This document shows positions 9,525 to 18,365 of a DNA stretch of 64,000 nt, one piece after another; the first letter of the stretch is position 1, and each line of letters opens with the position of its first letter. The stretch comes from Candidatus Micrarchaeota archaeon (GTDB lineage Archaea > Micrarchaeota > Micrarchaeia > Anstonellales > Anstonellaceae): the NCBI GenBank assembly GCA_026414185.1, contig JAOAJL010000001.1, positions 82,987-146,986 of the forward strand, read 5' to 3'. The translations under genes and the position numbers were made by a program. Below the pieces are notes generated by a model. It was not told the origin of the DNA. It did not search any database and saw only the letters and a list, made by a program, of their open reading frames with translations.

Positions 9525-10402
9525 GCAGAGCCCTCCCCTCTCATTATCAGCTCAAGCGTATAGAGGTTTATCCCAATCAGTATCATCACCAAGCCGGAAA
9601 TGCCTGTGAAAACGGTAAGGAAAGCAGAGCCAACGGGAAGAACCCCCCGGCTGTAGAACACCTCCACAACAAACATCCCGATAAGCGCCGATATGCACAG
9701 CAGCGCAAATCCGCCTCCTCCGAAAAACAAAAGCGGCTTTCTTCTCATCATCTCCTGCACAAGGAAACCGGCAAGCCCGGCGCCGTGCGAAAGGGGGTTT
9801 TGCCTTTCCTCAAAATAGCGGATATGCACCGGCACCTCAACAACCTTCAACCCGGCTTTCTGCGCCGATATGATGGCTCCGCCGCAGGCAGCATAGCCAT
9901 CGCTTGCGATTCTTATCTTTTCTATGGCTTTCCTTGAAAATGCCCTGAAGCCGCATTCATAATCAAGCCTGCTTCCTCCTGCCTGAGCCGCAGAAAGAGC
10001 GTTGATGAGCCGCACCCCAAAAAGCCGGTAGGCAGGCGCGCCGCTTGCCCTGCCCAAAAAGCGGGAGCCAAGAGCAACATCCGCCTCTCCCTTCAGCACA
10101 GGCGCAGCCACAAGCCCAATCTCCTGCGGGTTGTGCTGGAAATCCCCATCAAGCGTCACGATTGCATCCACATCAAGCGTCCGTGCCTTTTCAAAGGCAG
10201 CTTTCAGCGCTGCCCCGTAGCCCCTCCCCCTTTCGTTTCTTATCACCTCGGCCCCCGCCTTCCTCGCAATCTTGGCAGTGCGGTCTTCCGAGCCGTCATC
10301 CACCACAAAAACCCGCCCGTATTTCTTGGCAAGAAGCACCACAGAGCCTATCGCCCTCTCCTCGTTTCTTGCAGGTATGAAAATCGCAATCCTGCCTTTC
10401 AT
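9521..10402 (-). CDS. family 2 glycosyltransferase, dolichyl-phosphate mannose/glucose synthase-like
   Basis: IFIPARNEE...VVDDGSEDRT...TLDGDFQHNP motifs with C-terminal TM helices. Start at ATG 10402, which overlaps the topA stop in ATGA fashion. The longer upstream ORF-track extension was rejected. Confidence 0.75.
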   Translation of the reverse strand: MKGRIAIFIPARNEERAIGSVVLLAKKYGRVFVVDDGSEDRTAKIARKAGAEVIRNERGRGYGAALKAAFEKARTLDVDAIVTLDGDFQHNPQEIGLVAAPVLKGEADVALGSRFLGRASGAPAYRLFGVRLINALSAAQAGGSRLDYECGFRAFSRKAIEKIRIASDGYAACGGAIISAQKAGLKVVEVPVHIRYFEERQNPLSHGAGLAGFLVQEMMRRKPLLFFGGGGFALLCISALIGMFVVEVFYSRGVLPVGSAFLTVFTGISGLVMILIGINLYTLELIMRGEGSA

Positions 10403-12489
10403 TTCCTTCCCTCTCTCCTTTCCTTGCCTCTCCTGTCCGCAGCCGCGCTGCCCTTTTCTTTTTTGCCCCAGTCTTTCTTGGTTTCGCACTGCGTCTCAAG
10501 GCACATCTCAAAGTTGCGCCTTCCCTTCCTTACCACCTCAATCCTGGGTGTTTTGCAAAGCTCGCACGTCTTTCCCAGCGGGACTATTTTCGCGTTTTGG
10601 GGCAGGGGATAAATCGCGGTGCACGACGGATAAGCCGTGCAGCCCACGAACTGCTTCCCCTGCTTTGTCTGGATTACCCGAAGCTCTCCGCTTCCGCACC
10701 TGACGCACTTTCCAAGAATCGGGCTTTCATTCTTTACAAGCCCAGCCATCAGCTCAGAGCCTATCGCCCTCTCCTTGCCTTCAAACTTTGAGAGTATCTG
10801 TCTTAGCACCTCCTTGCCGTCTTCAATAGCCCTCCTTTCGTTCTCCCCGTCTTGTATCTTTTCCATCTCCTCCTCAATCTTCCGCGTCAGCTCCTCATCC
10901 ATTATTTCCGGCGCCACCTTGGAAAGAAGCTCATAAAGTGCCATCCCAAAGGGCGTAACTTTGATGCTTTTGCCGTCAACATAGCCCCTCTTGAAAAGGG
11001 TTTCAATTATGGCGGCGCGCGTTGCTTTCGTCCCAAGGCCGCGCTTCTCAAGCTCAGAAACGATGGAAGCGGGGGTGTAGCGCTTAGGGGGTTGCGTTTT
11101 CTTCTCCTCAACCTTGAAGCCGAAAAGCGGAACCCGCTCCCCCTCGGAAAATTCAGGCAACAAAGCCTCTTCAAGCTTGGTGTAGGGGGCATAAGCCTCA
11201 AACCACCCTGGCTTGACAGTCTTGTTGCCGCTTGCAACATACCCTTCCGTGCCCGACAAAATGCTGATTTTCTGCGCCTCCCGCACCGCTGGTTGCTCAA
11301 AGCAGGAAAGAAAGCGCTTTACAATCAGGTCATAAAGCTTTGCCTGCTTTTCAGAAAGGTTTTTCGGCGGCAGCCCGGTGGGGTGTATTGCAGGGTGCGC
11401 CGGGTCTTCTTTCTTGCCCTCAAGGGGCGAGAGCCTGTTTTGAGAAAGAAGCCTGGATGCAATTGAGGAATAGGCTGGCTGGCGCCCAAGCTGCTCTATT
11501 ATCCTTTTCAGCCCAAGCCGGGCGGGAAGCTTCTGCGAGCTTGTTCTCGGATAGGAAATGAGGGAAGCCTCATAAAGAGACTGCGCCAGCTCAAGAGTCC
11601 CTGCCGGCTGGAAGTTGAAAAGCCGATAAGCCTCCAGCTGAAGCGAGGTGAGGTCAAAAGGCGGCGGAGGGGGCTGGAGATACTCTTTTCTTTCCACCTT
11701 TTGCACAACACCTGGCGTGCCTGAAGATGAAAGGGCAGCGTATGCCTCCTCCTTTTTTTCAAACCTGCCACGCTCGTGGAGAAAACGGACTTTTTTCGCA
11801 GTGCAGGAAACTTCCCAATAGGGCTTTGGCACAAAGGAAGCAATCTCCTTTTCGCGCTTTGCCAAAATGGCAAGGGCGGGCCCCTGCACCCTGCCGATGC
11901 TCATAATCTGCTTTTTGCCGGCGCTTCTTATGGATGACATCAGCGCGCGGCTGAGATTTATGCCGTAAAACCAGTCAAGGATGTGGCGCGCCTCGCCCGC
12001 CAGCGCGTTTTGCAGGTCAAATGCGCCGCGCTTTGCAAAAGCTTCGTCAAGCTCGCCGGGCGTAAGGGCTGAAAACTTCATGCGCGTGGCGTTCCCTCCT
12101 CCGCATGCAAAGCGTATGATGTTGTAGCCAATCAAGCTGCCCTCAACATCAAAGTCGCAGGCGCAGACATACTCCTCCGCACCCGGCGCGACGCTTGCGA
12201 TGGCATCCAAGTATTTCTTTGAAAAGTGGGGCTCCTTCTTGCCTTCCGACCCCTCAACCTCGTAAACAGGCGCCCACTCAACGTCAAAAACCGGATAGCC
12301 GCCGCTTCCTGACTTCTGCCGCAGGGTATAAAGGTGCCCTGCCGCAGAAACAACCACAAGCCTCTGCCCGTCCCGCTCAACTTCATAATACGGCACGCCA
12401 TAGAGGCTTTTTGCGGAGACCTTTTCCTTCCCAAGCGCATGGGCTATTTTCTGCGCCACGCTTGGCTTTTCGCATATCACAAGCTTCAT
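10399..12489 (-). CDS. topA: DNA topoisomerase I, type IA, with C-terminal zinc ribbons
   Basis: Toprim N-terminus MKLVICEKPSVAQKIA; C-terminal CVRCGSGELR...CTAYPSC zinc fingers. Start set at MKL (cat at 12487-12489), not the longer ORF-track extension. Confidence 0.85.
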   Translation of the reverse strand: MKLVICEKPSVAQKIAHALGKEKVSAKSLYGVPYYEVERDGQRLVVVSAAGHLYTLRQKSGSGGYPVFDVEWAPVYEVEGSEGKKEPHFSKKYLDAIASVAPGAEEYVCACDFDVEGSLIGYNIIRFACGGGNATRMKFSALTPGELDEAFAKRGAFDLQNALAGEARHILDWFYGINLSRALMSSIRSAGKKQIMSIGRVQGPALAILAKREKEIASFVPKPYWEVSCTAKKVRFLHERGRFEKKEEAYAALSSSGTPGVVQKVERKEYLQPPPPPFDLTSLQLEAYRLFNFQPAGTLELAQSLYEASLISYPRTSSQKLPARLGLKRIIEQLGRQPAYSSIASRLLSQNRLSPLEGKKEDPAHPAIHPTGLPPKNLSEKQAKLYDLIVKRFLSCFEQPAVREAQKISILSGTEGYVASGNKTVKPGWFEAYAPYTKLEEALLPEFSEGERVPLFGFKVEEKKTQPPKRYTPASIVSELEKRGLGTKATRAAIIETLFKRGYVDGKSIKVTPFGMALYELLSKVAPEIMDEELTRKIEEEMEKIQDGENERRAIEDGKEVLRQILSKFEGKERAIGSELMAGLVKNESPILGKCVRCGSGELRVIQTKQGKQFVGCTAYPSCTAIYPLPQNAKIVPLGKTCELCKTPRIEVVRKGRRNFEMCLETQCETKKDWGKKEKGSAAADRRGKERREGRK

Positions 12490-12585
12490 GAGCCAATTTT
12501 CCCCCAAACGCCTTTTTAATCCCAAACCCGCGCCGCCGCCAAAAGCCTTATACAACCTTCCTGCAAATCCATAATGGGTGGTGGG

Positions 12586-12828
12586 ATGAAAGGGCAGCTT
12601 TCTGCAGAGATGCTCATCTTGCTTGTGATTGTGCTGGGGCTTGCCATAATAGTCGCATCCACAATGATGCAGTCTGCCAGCAAAGCCTCGGAGAAAATAG
12701 AGCAAAAGACGCAGGCGGTGATTGAGAAGGCGGAAGGCGGGGCGAAGGGAAGCGCAGGCTCCCCCTGCTACTCAAACGAAGACTGCTCTTCCGGAAGCTG
12801 CGATGCCTATCTTAGGACGTGCAACTGA
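12586..12828 (+). CDS. type IV pilin-like protein with class III signal peptide
   Basis: MKG|QLSAEMLILLVIVLGLAII has a short basic N-terminus, a G cleavage site, Glu at +5 and a hydrophobic stretch. The small mature domain has two Cys pairs. Confidence 0.55.
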   Translation: MKGQLSAEMLILLVIVLGLAIIVASTMMQSASKASEKIEQKTQAVIEKAEGGAKGSAGSPCYSNEDCSSGSCDAYLRTCN

Positions 12829-12854
12829 GCAGCCAGCCAAAGCAGGTGTCCTGC

Positions 12855-13277
12855 ATGATTCCTGCAAGCCCAGCCGTGCCCCCTTCTAAAAACCGCGCGA
12901 ATTCAAAAGCCCAGCTTTCAATGGAGGCGATGCTTGTCCTGCTTGTCTTCATCGTTTCCGTGGGCATCGCTTATTTCGCAGTTGCCAGCCTCGGCAAGGG
13001 GGCGGAGAAAAGCATAAGCGCCTCTCTTTCAAAGGCAAGCTTTGACGAGCTCTCCTCAAAGATAGCGGAGGCGTGCTCGCTTGGCAACGGCAACGTCCGG
13101 CAGATGCAGGCAAAAGGCGCCCCCATGCAGCTGCGCTCGGACGGCAGGAGGCTCTTTGCCTCAGCCGAGCAGTTCTCCGCAAGCCGGGAGTTTGACTGCG
13201 AAATATGGGTAAGGCAGGAAGAGCCGGCGCGCTTCTTTACAATAGCCAACCAAGACGGGACAATTGAGATTTCATGA
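12855..13277 (+). CDS. type IV pilin-like protein with class III signal peptide
   Basis: ...NSKA|QLSMEAMLVLLVFIVSVGIAYF, again with Glu at +5. It follows the first pilin gene directly. The start is ambiguous: ATG 12855 or GTG 12876. Confidence 0.5.
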   Translation: MIPASPAVPPSKNRANSKAQLSMEAMLVLLVFIVSVGIAYFAVASLGKGAEKSISASLSKASFDELSSKIAEACSLGNGNVRQMQAKGAPMQLRSDGRRLFASAEQFSASREFDCEIWVRQEEPARFFTIANQDGTIEIS

Positions 13278-13898
13278 CCGCAAGCCGCTTCTTTTTTTTG
13301 GCGCAAGCACCGTATCCAAAAAGCGCCTGCAGTCCCGCTTTCTTTCACCATCAAGCAGGACAAACCCAATCCCAGCGGCTTTTGCGGCAAGGAAATCCTC
13401 CTTGTTGTCCCCCACAAAAATGACATTCTCCTTTTTCTCCCCCAGCCTCTCCACTGCAAGAAGCAGCATCTTTGGATTGGGCTTGGGGGGCGCGTCAAGC
13501 AAAGTCAGGACAGCGGCAAAGTGCTTTTCAATGCCGAGCCTTCGGAGGACCATCCGTGCGCTAGCCTTGCGATTTGTGGCGGCGGCAAGGCGGTATCTTT
13601 TCGCAAGGGCGGGCACTGCGGCGGCAAGCGCAGTCGGCTTGACAAGGTGCAGGTTCTCCGCAGTCAGCTCCGAGAGGCGCAAAAGCATCCTTTCAAGCAA
13701 ACGCCTGTTTTTGGAAAGTTGCGGCGCCAGGGCAAGAAGGACGCTTTCTGCGGAGTGCGCACTTGACATGCTTCTTATCGCCTTGCCAGAAACACGAAAG
13801 CCAAACTCGCGCATAAGCTCCTTTGTGTTGTGCACCACTGCCCTGCGCGAGTCTGCAAGCACACCGTCAATGTCAAAAATAATCGCCCTTATTCCCAT
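13272..13898 (-). CDS. HAD-superfamily hydrolase (phosphatase/phosphomutase-like)
   Basis: Motif I IIFDIDGVL and the downstream HAD motifs IFVGDNKED. Confidence 0.65.
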   Translation of the reverse strand: MGIRAIIFDIDGVLADSRRAVVHNTKELMREFGFRVSGKAIRSMSSAHSAESVLLALAPQLSKNRRLLERMLLRLSELTAENLHLVKPTALAAAVPALAKRYRLAAATNRKASARMVLRRLGIEKHFAAVLTLLDAPPKPNPKMLLLAVERLGEKKENVIFVGDNKEDFLAAKAAGIGFVLLDGERKRDCRRFLDTVLAPKKRSGLRS

Positions 13899-14860
13899 CG
13901 CACCAGCCTTTTTTCCTCAGCCTTGCTGTCCCTGCAAAGAAGGACCACGCGCGAGGGCAGGTGCTCCTCACAGCGCCTGTAGCCGCTTGCCTCGGAAAGC
14001 TTCTCCGCGATAGCACCTATCTCATCCATCTCAAGCATGCTTTGCGGGGAAAGCCCTCTTTGGGGCTGCCTTGCCCCTCCCATAAAAACGAACCCCTTCA
14101 CCTCCACATAGTGCGGCTGCGCCTTTCTTATCTGGCGCGCATAGCCATCCAAATCAAAATCATTCACCCCTCGCACAAGGGTCATGCGAAGAACCGTCCT
14201 CGTCCTTTTCCCAAGCAAGGGCAAAAGCTCAAGCGTGCGGAGGTAATTCCCCCACAGGTTTTGGCTCATCGGTCTGATTGCGCGGGCATAGACTTCTGTG
14301 TTTGGGGCAACCATGGACACGTAAAGCTGGGTGGGCAGGGTGCGCATTGCCGAAAGCCTCTGCGGGAAAGTGCCGTTTGTCACAAGAAAGGTCGTCATCT
14401 TCCTCCTGTGGAACTCCAAAATCATCTGCTCAAGGAAAGGGTAGGCGGCAGGCTCGCCTGCAAGCGATATTGCAGCATGAGCAGGCTCCATCGCCTCCTC
14501 ATAGCGCTCCTTGCCCACTTGCCTGTTGCCCCCATAGCCGGAAACAATGTCTTTCTGAGCCCTCACAAGCCCATCAACTATGCTGGCGGCGTCGTCCCAC
14601 TCAAACTCCCGCCCGCACAAGCCATAGCGGTCTTTTTCCGGGATGAACCTCCAGCAAAAAACGCAGGCGTGGTTGCAGAATTGGACTGCAGGAGTGCACT
14701 GGAGGCAGCGGTGCGAGGCTATCCCGTAGAATTTTGCCTTGTAGCATTCTCCCCTTCCCTTTAGCGAAAGCGCCGCCCAATGGCATAGCTTTGCGGCAGA
14801 GTGGTTTCCGACAATATGGTAGTGCTGCCTGAGAAGAAGGCGGACAAGCTCGTCCGGCAT
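13889..14860 (-). CDS. taw1: tRNA 4-demethylwyosine synthase (radical SAM, TYW1/Taw1)
   Basis: CxxxCxxC radical-SAM motif CNHACVFCW. N-terminal HYHIVGNHSAAKLCHWA and FYGI.SHRCLQCTP motifs are typical of TYW1. Start chosen at MPDELV (cat at 14858-14860); upstream ATGs are possible. Confidence 0.7.
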   Translation of the reverse strand: MPDELVRLLLRQHYHIVGNHSAAKLCHWAALSLKGRGECYKAKFYGIASHRCLQCTPAVQFCNHACVFCWRFIPEKDRYGLCGREFEWDDAASIVDGLVRAQKDIVSGYGGNRQVGKERYEEAMEPAHAAISLAGEPAAYPFLEQMILEFHRRKMTTFLVTNGTFPQRLSAMRTLPTQLYVSMVAPNTEVYARAIRPMSQNLWGNYLRTLELLPLLGKRTRTVLRMTLVRGVNDFDLDGYARQIRKAQPHYVEVKGFVFMGGARQPQRGLSPQSMLEMDEIGAIAEKLSEASGYRRCEEHLPSRVVLLCRDSKAEEKRLVRWE

Positions 14861-15007
14861 AAAGCGGGTGGAGAGCCTGACTTTCGCATAATACCTTTCC
14901 TTTCCCCTGCCCCTTGCCATGCTTTTTGCTGTTGAGCAGTGCAATTAAAAAGAAAAGCCCCAACAAAAAATGGAGGGGAAAAGCGGCGGGAAAAGGCGAA
15001 TGCCGCC

Positions 15008-16107
15008 CTATGCCGAAGTCCTTTGCCGCAGCCTTTCTTCTCCAAGGCGATACTGTGGCAGTGAAGCTTGAGCTTGACGTTCGCAAAAAGTCCATAACCG
15101 TTTCAGAGCCAGAATCAATCTCATCGTTGGTGAATGGGCACTACGGATACATGAAGAAAGGGATAATCCACCTTTTCCCGGAGGAAGCCCTCTATCTTGT
15201 GGACATAAGAAATGCGCAATGCACTGATGCGGCACTCAACACCTACCGCTTCAACGCGATTGCCGCCCTCTTTCCGCACAAAAAGCAGATGGCGCGCTAC
15301 TTCACCTACAAAGACTGGCGCGACAGGGGGCTGATTGCAAGGCAGGTCTCGGAGATATGCGAGAAATACGAGCGGAATGCTGTAAAGCGCTACCCGCCAG
15401 GGCGGCTTTTGCTGGACCGTTTCGCTTTCCAAGGAAGGTTCTACCCCGACGACTTGTGGAGCGTGATTGACGACGAGGAGACAGGCAGGCAACTTTATTC
15501 CCAGCACTGGTTCGGGCAGTTTGGCTCATACAAGGCAGAGCAGCGGGGCAAGCTCTCAAAGCTTGACGCATACGAAACCCTCTTTCTTATGCGCCACGGC
15601 GGGCTGCGCCTTGAGAATGCGCAGGAAAAGGATGTCATCGCCGCCGCAAAGCGCCAGCACAAGGATTTTCTCCACCTATATTCAGTCTATGAGGACTGGC
15701 GCCTGCGCGGCTACATCCTAAAGACAGGCTTCAAGTTCGGAACCCACTTTCGCCTCTACTTCCCAGGCGCCTCCCCAATGCGCGAGGGCGGGGAGTGGGT
15801 GCACTCAAAGCACGTAATACACTGCTTCCCGCGCCAAAGCAAGCTCCTCATCTCCGAATGGGCGCGCGCAATCCGCGTTGCGCACTCCGTAAAGAAGACA
15901 TTCCTCCTTGCGATTCCCGGCGAAAAGAGGCAAAAGCGCGCAAGGCAAAGGCAGCAAGGCGAGCTTTCCACCAACCTGGACTTCCTCCTTTACCACCGTT
16001 CAGGCGGCAACATAGAAAACCCCAAAACCGGCAAGCCAAAATACCTGATGTTTTCGCTATCAGAGGAGGAATACATAGGCGGGCAGGAGCTTGCCGACGC
16101 AATTTAG
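15008..16107 (+). CDS. endA: tRNA-splicing endonuclease, multi-unit form, carrying the catalytic Tyr/His/Lys unit
   Basis: Catalytic unit GFKFGTHFRLYFPG...HSKHVIH...VAHSVKKTFLLAI, preceded by two degenerate N-subdomain-like segments (EEALYLVD, DAYETLFLMRHGGL). The ORF stops at TAG 16105-16107, but an EndA-like tail continues in frame to 16245 (see findings). Confidence 0.7.
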
Positions 16108-16387
16108 CAGGGCAAGAAAATCGGGCTTGAGCTTCTCCTCGCGATTTGCGACCGGGAAACCTCCGTCACCTACTACGCAGTCAAAAGGATAGAGCTTCCT
16201 GGAAGCCCAGAAGAATACTACGAGATTGAGTGGGTGCAGCCGTAGCTTGGCGGAAAAGGATGCGAATTGCGAAGCGGGTGCAACAGAATGGGCGCAGCCG
16301 TAAGCGCGAAAGCTGATGATGCGGATTAATGCGAAACTGCGTCAGTTGTCCATTTCTGGCGGCTGCCTTGAGCTTGGCAGCCGGCAT

Positions 16388-17281
16388 TCACGCAACCATC
16401 TTGGTCTTATTTGGAAGGGAAGAAGAAGGAAGGCCAAGCGCTTTCTTCACCCACTTGTACAGCGACTTGAAATCGATCTGGCGCACCTCTGTCACATGAA
16501 AATCATCTTTCTCATGCTTCCAAACCTGCCCATTCTCCAAGTTGACAAACACTTCGAATTCTTTTCCATAATTATTCTTGGCAGGCAAAACCAGAAAGGT
16601 GCCTTGCAAGCGGTCAATCGTCATCGGAGCGTTGGTGTCACTCAGACCCCCGCCATTCAGGTTGACAATTGCAATTCCCTTTCCCTTAGTGTCTACATCA
16701 CCATGTCCATAGTCCGAAAAAACCCAGCAAACGAGATTGAATGCGGGGTTCTCCACCTCCTTATTCGTATTCAAAGGGTCCTTCATCTTTTCAGTCAAGG
16801 TGTGGCGCAAACCGTTTTCACGTTCGAACGTTATCGTTTTTTTTCCTAAATTAACTCGAGACACCGGAATTCTGCGCTGCTCCAAATCTGTTTTAACCTC
16901 TTCGCGGTTTTCGTTCCTTACGTTCTCCAGCATGCCTTTGCGCTGGTTCTTTGACCATAACGTCACGCCAAGAACACCCATGTAAATCTGAATGATCTGC
17001 GGGTTCCCGTCTTTGTCAACATAATTGACGAGTAAACGGTCCCCACCCAGCATCGTAAAGCCGCTATCGTCGAGTTGGAGAGTAATCGTAATTCCATCCA
17101 GGGCTTTATCCACAATCCACTCCAAAAGATTGCGGCCGGTGTTTTCAATCTCTCTGTTTTCAATAGTTTCGCTCTTGGGATAGTCATAGGACTTCGTCTT
17201 CTCCACCCCATTCTCCAAATACGCAATAACAACCTTTCCATTCTCAAACTTTATGCTTGAAACAGAGTAATTCTCGGGCAT
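16388..17281 (-). CDS. hypothetical protein, no recognisable domain, lower-GC orphan
   Basis: 297-aa ORF with codon usage and GC (about 48%) clearly lower than its neighbours. An imperfect 10-bp hairpin (16341-16372) lies just 3' of its stop. Confidence 0.45.
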   Translation of the reverse strand: MPENYSVSSIKFENGKVVIAYLENGVEKTKSYDYPKSETIENREIENTGRNLLEWIVDKALDGITITLQLDDSGFTMLGGDRLLVNYVDKDGNPQIIQIYMGVLGVTLWSKNQRKGMLENVRNENREEVKTDLEQRRIPVSRVNLGKKTITFERENGLRHTLTEKMKDPLNTNKEVENPAFNLVCWVFSDYGHGDVDTKGKGIAIVNLNGGGLSDTNAPMTIDRLQGTFLVLPAKNNYGKEFEVFVNLENGQVWKHEKDDFHVTEVRQIDFKSLYKWVKKALGLPSSSLPNKTKMVA

Positions 17282-17426
17282 TCAAATCACCTCATTTTCT
17301 TTTCAGCAAACCTGCGCGGGCGGCGGGCAGACCGGGTTCTGCCCCGGGCAGTTGCTGCACGGGTGCTCCGCTTTCCAGGCGCGCACCGCCAAGGCAGCAA
17401 CCACAAGCCACTTCTGGCAAAAGCCC

Positions 17427-18359
17427 TCATCCCCTTTTTCCAAGCGCCTTTTTCAGCTTCTCAATCAGGTAGTCATTTCCCATGTAAAGCGGGGTGCGGG
17501 CATCCACATCAAGGGCTTTGGCGTCAAGAAGCGAGCGGCTGCCATCCCAGCTTTTCCCGCCTGCCTGCTCCAAAATGAATGCCATCGGAGCCGCCTCATA
17601 GGTTAGCCGCAGCTTTCCCCTGGGCGCAGAGCGCGTCTGCGGATAGGCAAAAATCCCGCCGCGATGGAGTATCTGCGAAAAGTCCGCAACAAAGGTGCCG
17701 GAATACCTGACTTTCAGCTTCTCAACGCGAAATAGGTCCTTGGCAAATTTCAGGAATTTAGGGCTCCAATCAAGCGGGTCGCCCCCTACCCCAAAAACCT
17801 CTCCCTTCACCGGAAGCTTGACATTCTCAGCCAGCAGCAGGAACTGCGCATTGCCGCTTCCGTCGTAGTGCTTGACAAACTCATGGCTTCCGTTTCCCGC
17901 AGAATACACAAGCGTGTTGAGGGGCCCATAAAGCTTGTAAAGCGCAGCCACAAGCTTCCTTCCCGCCTGCGGCAAGTCGTCGCGATATATGCCCATTATC
18001 GTTCCGAATGAGTTGTTCGTGTTTATGTTTGACGAGCCGTCAAGCGGGTCAATGGTAACTATGAAAGGCGCATGCGGGCTTCCAAGCAAAGGCTGGCGCA
18101 GCTCCTCGGAGTATATCTTGCGCACAAGGCCTGTCTTAACAAGCTCATCGCAGTAATAGCCGTTTATCCACTCGTCAAGCCTTGCCACAGCCTCTCCATA
18201 CTTGTTTTTGTCCCCAGCCGCACCGCGCAGGTATTTTGGGAAGTGGTGCTGCGCGTCAAGCGAAACATAGGCAAATGAAACAATGAGCCGGCGCAAATCC
18301 TGCGCCACACCGGACACTTTAAGGTGCTGCGAAAGGGTGAGCACTTCCTCCGCCATCAA
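17427..18359 (-). CDS. fbp: fructose-1,6-bisphosphatase class I
   Basis: Metal-binding DPLDGSSN motif and the class I FBPase signature GKLRLTYEAAPMAF. Confidence 0.8.
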   Translation of the reverse strand: MMAEEVLTLSQHLKVSGVAQDLRRLIVSFAYVSLDAQHHFPKYLRGAAGDKNKYGEAVARLDEWINGYYCDELVKTGLVRKIYSEELRQPLLGSPHAPFIVTIDPLDGSSNINTNNSFGTIMGIYRDDLPQAGRKLVAALYKLYGPLNTLVYSAGNGSHEFVKHYDGSGNAQFLLLAENVKLPVKGEVFGVGGDPLDWSPKFLKFAKDLFRVEKLKVRYSGTFVADFSQILHRGGIFAYPQTRSAPRGKLRLTYEAAPMAFILEQAGGKSWDGSRSLLDAKALDVDARTPLYMGNDYLIEKLKKALGKRG

Positions 18360-18365
18360 AACCCC

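Noticed and set aside
12490-12705. N-terminal 72-aa extension of topA in the ORF track
   Set aside because: The conserved Toprim start MKLVICEKPS begins at 12489. The extension has no homology and would run through the pilin promoter region.
16105-16107. TAG reassignment (for example pyrrolysine or a sense codon) as the explanation for the in-frame TAG in endA
   Set aside because: TAG terminates rpl31e (4 nt before the eif6 start), pfdA and the DEAD-box helicase at positions consistent with homologues, so genome-wide reassignment is unlikely. Local readthrough or a mutation remains possible.
16246-16387. Repeated gcagccgta[ag]gc and tgcgaa motifs after the endA tail as a possible small RNA
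   Set aside because: They are short, imperfect and without a consistent fold. One 10-bp hairpin (16341-16372) is noted under the adjacent gene as a possible 3' structure.
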